Shown here: piece by piece, positions 16,074-17,239 of the stretch | Numbering within the stretch: the first letter of the stretch is position 1 | Layout: each line of letters begins with the position of its first letter | NCBI GenBank assembly: GCA_019057865.1 | Contig: JAHLWP010000057.1 | Span: forward strand, 1-17,239 | Source of the DNA: Promethearchaeota archaeon | GTDB lineage: Archaea > Asgardarchaeota > Lokiarchaeia > Sigyniarchaeales > SOKP01 | Direction: 5' to 3' | Length of the DNA stretch: 17,239 bases | Made by a program: the position numbers and the translations under genes | The notes under the pieces: generated by a model | Told to the model about the DNA's origin: nothing | Database searches by the model: none | The model's input: only the letters and a program-made list of their open reading frames with translations

Positions 16074-17102
16074 ATGTCAGATTTCTTTTCTGGAAATCAG
16101 AAGGATAGTAGCAAAGTTGCACAATTATGCGAGTTTTTTTTACTCTATTTTGATGAGAAATTAGGTCACATTCCCCTTTTAATTTCTCCTGATGAATCTT
16201 TAAAAGAAAATCGTGAAGTAATGCATTTAATTAGAATACATTCAATTTGGTTTCTTGATATTAGTGATCAAGCATCTCCTGATCGTATGGATATAGAATA
16301 TAGCGGTAAAATGTATTTTGCAAAAAAATTTTTAATTCCTTCTGAAAGAACTAAAAGAAGGGCCGGATTAGAAGAGGATATTAATGATACTATCGTATTA
16401 ATTCTTGCTTTACCGATTGACATGGATATCTTTGGAGGGGCATTATTAAAAAAAATGGCTGAGCGAATAACAAAACATTTTAAATCTAAAATTTATCATT
16501 TAATTGAGGCTGAAATTGCTAAACTTGATGTCATAAAGACTCCAAAAACTGAAGAACTAATCCAAAAAGGTGAAGCTCTCAAAAAAAGAATAAAAGCTTT
16601 AATTTATAATACTTGCTCACAATATTTTCAGTTGGTCATTAAACAAACGGATTCTACAACATTTAAAATTCAAAAAGCAATTTCTTATCTTTCTTTGAAG
16701 GGAGTTCCGATTAGTTATGTTATTAGTGAAAATAAGGAAATTGGATTTTCTAATATAAAATTATTTGATTCTAAAAATCTATCTCAGTATTCTTTTGAGC
16801 TGGGCAAAAATTTTAAGATTTTGCGTGTAAATGTTGATTCTGAAACTCAAGAAGTAGAAATAATAATTAAAAACAATACTAAAAATGAATTTAAAAATCT
16901 CTCTGTGAAAGTAATTACAATTCAGGATTACTTTGAAAAAGATATTTTTAACCAAATTATAGATTTTTGGCTTTCTGAAGAGGAATTAAATTTTGTTTTA
17001 CCACTTTTCCCTCAAATTAATGAATATTTTTTATATATTTTTGATGAAACTAATAAGGAAAAATTGCTTTCAAAAAAAATTGATATAAATTTGATTATTT
17101 AA
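16074..17102 (+). CDS. Hypothetical protein; N-terminal longin/uDENN-like domain and C-terminal beta-sandwich suspected
   Basis: 342-aa ORF. LLYFDEKLGHIPLLISP ... YFAKKFLIP..R..RRAG ... IVLILAL resembles the FDxxxG..P longin/uDENN pattern common in Asgard proteins. The C-terminus has alternating beta-strand pattern (VEIIIKNNT..FKNLSVKV). The fold call is inference. Confidence 0.6.
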   Translation: MSDFFSGNQKDSSKVAQLCEFFLLYFDEKLGHIPLLISPDESLKENREVMHLIRIHSIWFLDISDQASPDRMDIEYSGKMYFAKKFLIPSERTKRRAGLEEDINDTIVLILALPIDMDIFGGALLKKMAERITKHFKSKIYHLIEAEIAKLDVIKTPKTEELIQKGEALKKRIKALIYNTCSQYFQLVIKQTDSTTFKIQKAISYLSLKGVPISYVISENKEIGFSNIKLFDSKNLSQYSFELGKNFKILRVNVDSETQEVEIIIKNNTKNEFKNLSVKVITIQDYFEKDIFNQIIDFWLSEEELNFVLPLFPQINEYFLYIFDETNKEKLLSKKIDINLII

Positions 17103-17239
17103 TAAGATTATTTTTAATAATCCCTAATCAAATGGGTATGATTGAATAAATTATTACTTGAAAATTTTAAATTACTTTTAACCTTAGCCTTTATATAAAC
17201 TAAAAGAATTTAGAATCATTTGAACTTGGATATAATCTA

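Overview
AT-rich archaeal window, most consistent with an Asgard (Lokiarchaeia-like) genome. This is an inference from the Mvh/Hdr/F420/H4MPT enzymes, GAGGT(G) ribosome-binding sites, a Cdc48 with an HbYX tail and a longin/uDENN-like protein. Left to right it contains: a non-coding 809-bp MITE/IS remnant (17-bp TIRs, 7-bp target duplication); module A (+), an uncharacterised alpha/beta protein followed by a paralog fused to a bacterial-type NAD(P)-dependent methylene-H4MPT dehydrogenase (MtdB-like); a truncated nfnA; an FrhB/FpoF-family F420 oxidoreductase fused to a TrmB-like winged helix; a 77-aa mini-paralog of the uncharacterised family; cdc48; module B (-), a diverged inverted copy of module A with Mtd as a separate gene; and, divergently, a wHTH-HdrA-MvhD / mvhG / mvhA operon followed by a longin-like gene. 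The most interesting signals are three. (i) Two redox enzymes carry DNA-binding domains, one a degenerate HdrA linked to a [NiFe]-hydrogenase lacking the cleavable C-terminal extension, which suggests an H2/F420 redox-sensing transcription system. (ii) A palindrome, WTGAYW-N8-TRTCAA, lies upstream of four transcription units. (iii) A five-member TraB/PrgY-like family shares an 'xVLELKP' peptide that also precedes both Mtd domains. All assignments come from reading motifs by eye; no searches were run.
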